Assembly: GCA_016929605.1 (NCBI GenBank)
Contig: JAFGIM010000099.1
Span: forward strand, 1-49,362
Length of the DNA stretch: 49,362 bases
Direction: 5' to 3'
Source: Spirochaetales bacterium
GTDB lineage: Bacteria > Spirochaetota > Spirochaetia > Treponematales > Treponemataceae
The first letter of the stretch is position 1. Each line of letters begins with the position of its first letter. A program made the position numbers and the translations under genes. The notes beneath the pieces are model-generated. The model was not told the origin of the DNA and did no database searches. It saw only the letters and a program-made list of their open reading frames with translations. Shown piece after piece: positions 48,675 to 49,362 of the stretch.

Positions 48675-49362
48675 GTGTTTCAAAGAAAGTACAGCATTCG
48701 CTCGATGAATTACGTAAAAAAGCGGAAGAGGCTGGAATAGATATTCAGGATGAATTAAAACGTATCGCTGATAAGGTCGAGAAAACCACATCCTCCGCCA
48801 AGGCTTGGAAACGTGTTGAGTTGGCGCGCAATCCGGATCGGCCACGAGCTCTTGATATCATCTCTGCAATTTGCGAGGACTTTGTAGAGCTTCACGGCGA
48901 TCGCCATTATGGTGATGATCCCGCCTTGATCGGTGGCGTCGGTGTTATTGACGGTATCGCAGTTACCATTATCGCCAATCAAAAGGGACGGAATCTGAAG
49001 GAAACCATGGCCCGTAATGGTGGAATGGCTAATCCGGAAGGGTACCGTAAGGCATTGCGACTGGCCCGGCAGGCCGAGAAGTTTCATCGACCAATTATTA
49101 CCCTCATTGATACTCAGGGAGCCTTTCCAGGTCTTGGAGCAGAGGAACGGGGAATCGGAGAGGCAATAGCTCTCAATCTACGGGAATTTAGTCAGTTGAA
49201 GACACCGATTATCTGTATTGTTATCGGAGAAGGTGGTTCCGGAGGAGCGCTTGGTATTGGTGTTGGAGACAAGATCTATATGCTCGAAAATGCCGTGTAT
49301 TCGGTTATTTCTCCAGAAGGATACGCTTCGATTCTTCTCAGGGATTCTTCTAAAGCAAAGCA
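48671..49362 (+). CDS. accA: Acetyl-CoA carboxyltransferase alpha subunit (3' truncated by window end; absent from ORF track)
   Basis: Translated by hand: [60 protein letters not shown] and GEGGSGGA. Confidence 0.95.
   Translation, partial: MSVSKKVQHSLDELRKKAEEAGIDIQDELKRIADKVEKTTSSAKAWKRVELARNPDRPRALDIISAICEDFVELHGDRHYGDDPALIGGVGVIDGIAVTIIANQKGRNLKETMARNGGMANPEGYRKALRLARQAEKFHRPIITLIDTQGAFPGLGAEERGIGEAIALNLREFSQLKTPIICIVIGEGGSGGALGIGVGDKIYMLENAVYSVISPEGYASILLRDSSKAK

Overview
Bacterial chromosomal window, most likely from a free-living Treponema-like spirochaete (inferred from a probable FlcA flagellar-collar gene, a DUF2259-like gene and the fabV-type fatty-acid cluster). The left half (1-22.7 kb) has genes on both strands: regulators (AraC, WYL/YafY), a 7TM-DISM diguanylate cyclase, tRNA-Val(CAC), a U32 protein, a histone-H1-like protein, hisC and panE. 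The right half is all on the + strand: purD, pyrB-pyrI-pyrC, a GntR/SPFH/ABC/LolA-like/OMP module, pyrF-pyrK-pyrD, a Y1 HUH (RAYT-like) transposase, DUF362, rlmL, TetR and fabD-fabG-fabF-fabZ-fabV-accB-accC-accD-accA (partial). The strongest unexplained signal is a non-palindromic 12-mer, WGCTCTGTCCCY / RGGGACAGAGCW. I counted 23 exact core copies by eye between 25.7 and 46.3 kb and none elsewhere. They occur in both orientations, 21 lie inside coding sequences in all six frames, and they surround the intact RAYT-like gene in a locally AT-richer domain. Many genes also look leaderless. All calls are made by eye with no database search.
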